A DNA stretch of 56,264 bases. It comes from a virus. Its lineage: Duplodnaviria > Caudoviricetes. The position numbers and the translations under genes are program-made. Every line of letters begins with the position of its first letter. Within the stretch, counting starts at the first letter, position 1. Of the stretch, positions 55,587-56,264 are shown piece by piece. The notes beneath the pieces were generated by a model, which saw nothing but the letters and a program-made list of their open reading frames with translations, did no database searches and was not told the origin of the DNA. Location of the stretch: positions 1 to 56,264 of the IMG/VR virus record IMGVR_UViG_3300047455_000186. One strand, written 5' to 3'.

Positions 55587-56264
55587 AGTTACGTAGTGTT
55601 TTATACAGAGGATGACGATAGCTACCAGCTTTTGTACGTTCAAAGTATGTAAACGTAGCGCGCTTGCCTATATAATCATGTACATTGTCTAGAATGTATC
55701 GACGATCATCAAAGTTGTAGCCTTTGCCGATAGGGCAGCCAAACTCAACGCCATCGTCATCTTGCATAAGAAACTTACCGATTAGACCGGTAAATTTACC
55801 TTTGCCCGCTTCGTAGCCAACAATAGTAGCTTCGGTGTCGTGAAAGTCTTTAAACTTTTGAAGGTTGTAAGAACGTTTGCATTCATACGGTTTGTCAAGA
55901 CGCAGTATAGAACCCTCGTAGCCATTAGCTAAGAAAGCATCGTTGTGCATGTTTAAAGCCTCTTCGTATTTATCAACTAGGTATGTGTTAGTAAATTTAA
56001 CACAATAGCTTTCCGGCAATTCATTTTTAAGCCACGTAATTCGGCTAGAAAATTTAGCACGGCGTAGCGCAGGACCAGGAATGTAGTCGTAGCAATGAAA
56101 CTGCACATAGCCGGCAGACTCAACTCGATCGCCCTCGGAGGGTTTAGTCTTACGAACAAGTGAAATGATTTTTTCGAAATCATCTTTTAGGTCGTGGTTG
56201 TATAGTTCGCCGTCAAGTATCACGTCAGGATACGTTTCGAAGAACGGTTCGAGGTTTGCGGTAA
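55579..56264 (-). CDS. ATP-dependent DNA ligase, 5'-truncated by the window edge
   Basis: LDGELY, FHCYD, GYEGSILR, KRS..LQKFK and OB-fold 'YRHP'. Confidence 0.9.
   Translation of the reverse strand, partial: TANLEPFFETYPDVILDGELYNHDLKDDFEKIISLVRKTKPSEGDRVESAGYVQFHCYDYIPGPALRRAKFSSRITWLKNELPESYCVKFTNTYLVDKYEEALNMHNDAFLANGYEGSILRLDKPYECKRSYNLQKFKDFHDTEATIVGYEAGKGKFTGLIGKFLMQDDDGVEFGCPIGKGYNFDDRRYILDNVHDYIGKRATFTYFERTKAGSYRHPLYKTLRNYE

Noticed and set aside
437-56183. Many short antisense or alternate-frame ORFs in the track (for example 14155..14787, 37255..37749, 44180..44650)
   Set aside because: They lie within well-supported genes, lack recognisable motifs and look like shadow ORFs.
1-56264. 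CRISPR array, tRNA genes, integrase, introns or inteins
   Set aside because: No spaced direct repeats, cloverleafs or recombinase motifs were noticed; intergenic gaps are tiny and the core enzymes are of normal length. Checked by eye only.
1-56264. Stop-codon reassignment as in some crAss-like phages
   Set aside because: Genes are full-length under the standard code, and TAA, TAG and TGA all terminate genes.

Overview
This window is most of a tailed dsDNA phage genome with podovirus-like gene content, very likely infecting a marine Bacteroidota (Flavobacteriaceae-like) host. The host call rests on AT-rich starts lacking Shine-Dalgarno sites, GNVGIGT tail-fibre repeats and a lipobox protein. 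The + strand (1-43307) carries tail fibres, groEL-groES, a cluster of small basic proteins, a holin, a tandem GroES-like protein, terminase, portal, scaffold, major capsid, tail ring/nozzle proteins, ejection proteins including a 2825-aa giant, and an M15 endolysin. The - strand (43309-56264) carries a lipoprotein, NrdAB, resolvase, two MazG-like proteins, ThyA, primase-helicase, SSB, a RecE/ERF pair, a sigma factor, a DenV-like protein and DNA ligase. The most interesting unexplained signals are: (1) the giant protein looks like a polyprotein, with zincin, sigma-region-2-like, putative His-Me and HAD domains separated by a repeated K-[KR]-S-[VY]-[ST] linker; (2) seven otherwise unrelated small proteins in two loci share short PIT, M[AG][FY] and SPxK leader motifs, one being a HExxH protease, suggesting a capsid-cargo targeting or processing system; (3) a GTAAT-N8-TATA promoter candidate heads three modules; (4) a His/Cys domain is shared by two tail proteins; (5) there are three GroES-like domains for one GroEL. 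All calls come from reading motifs by eye; no database searches were run.
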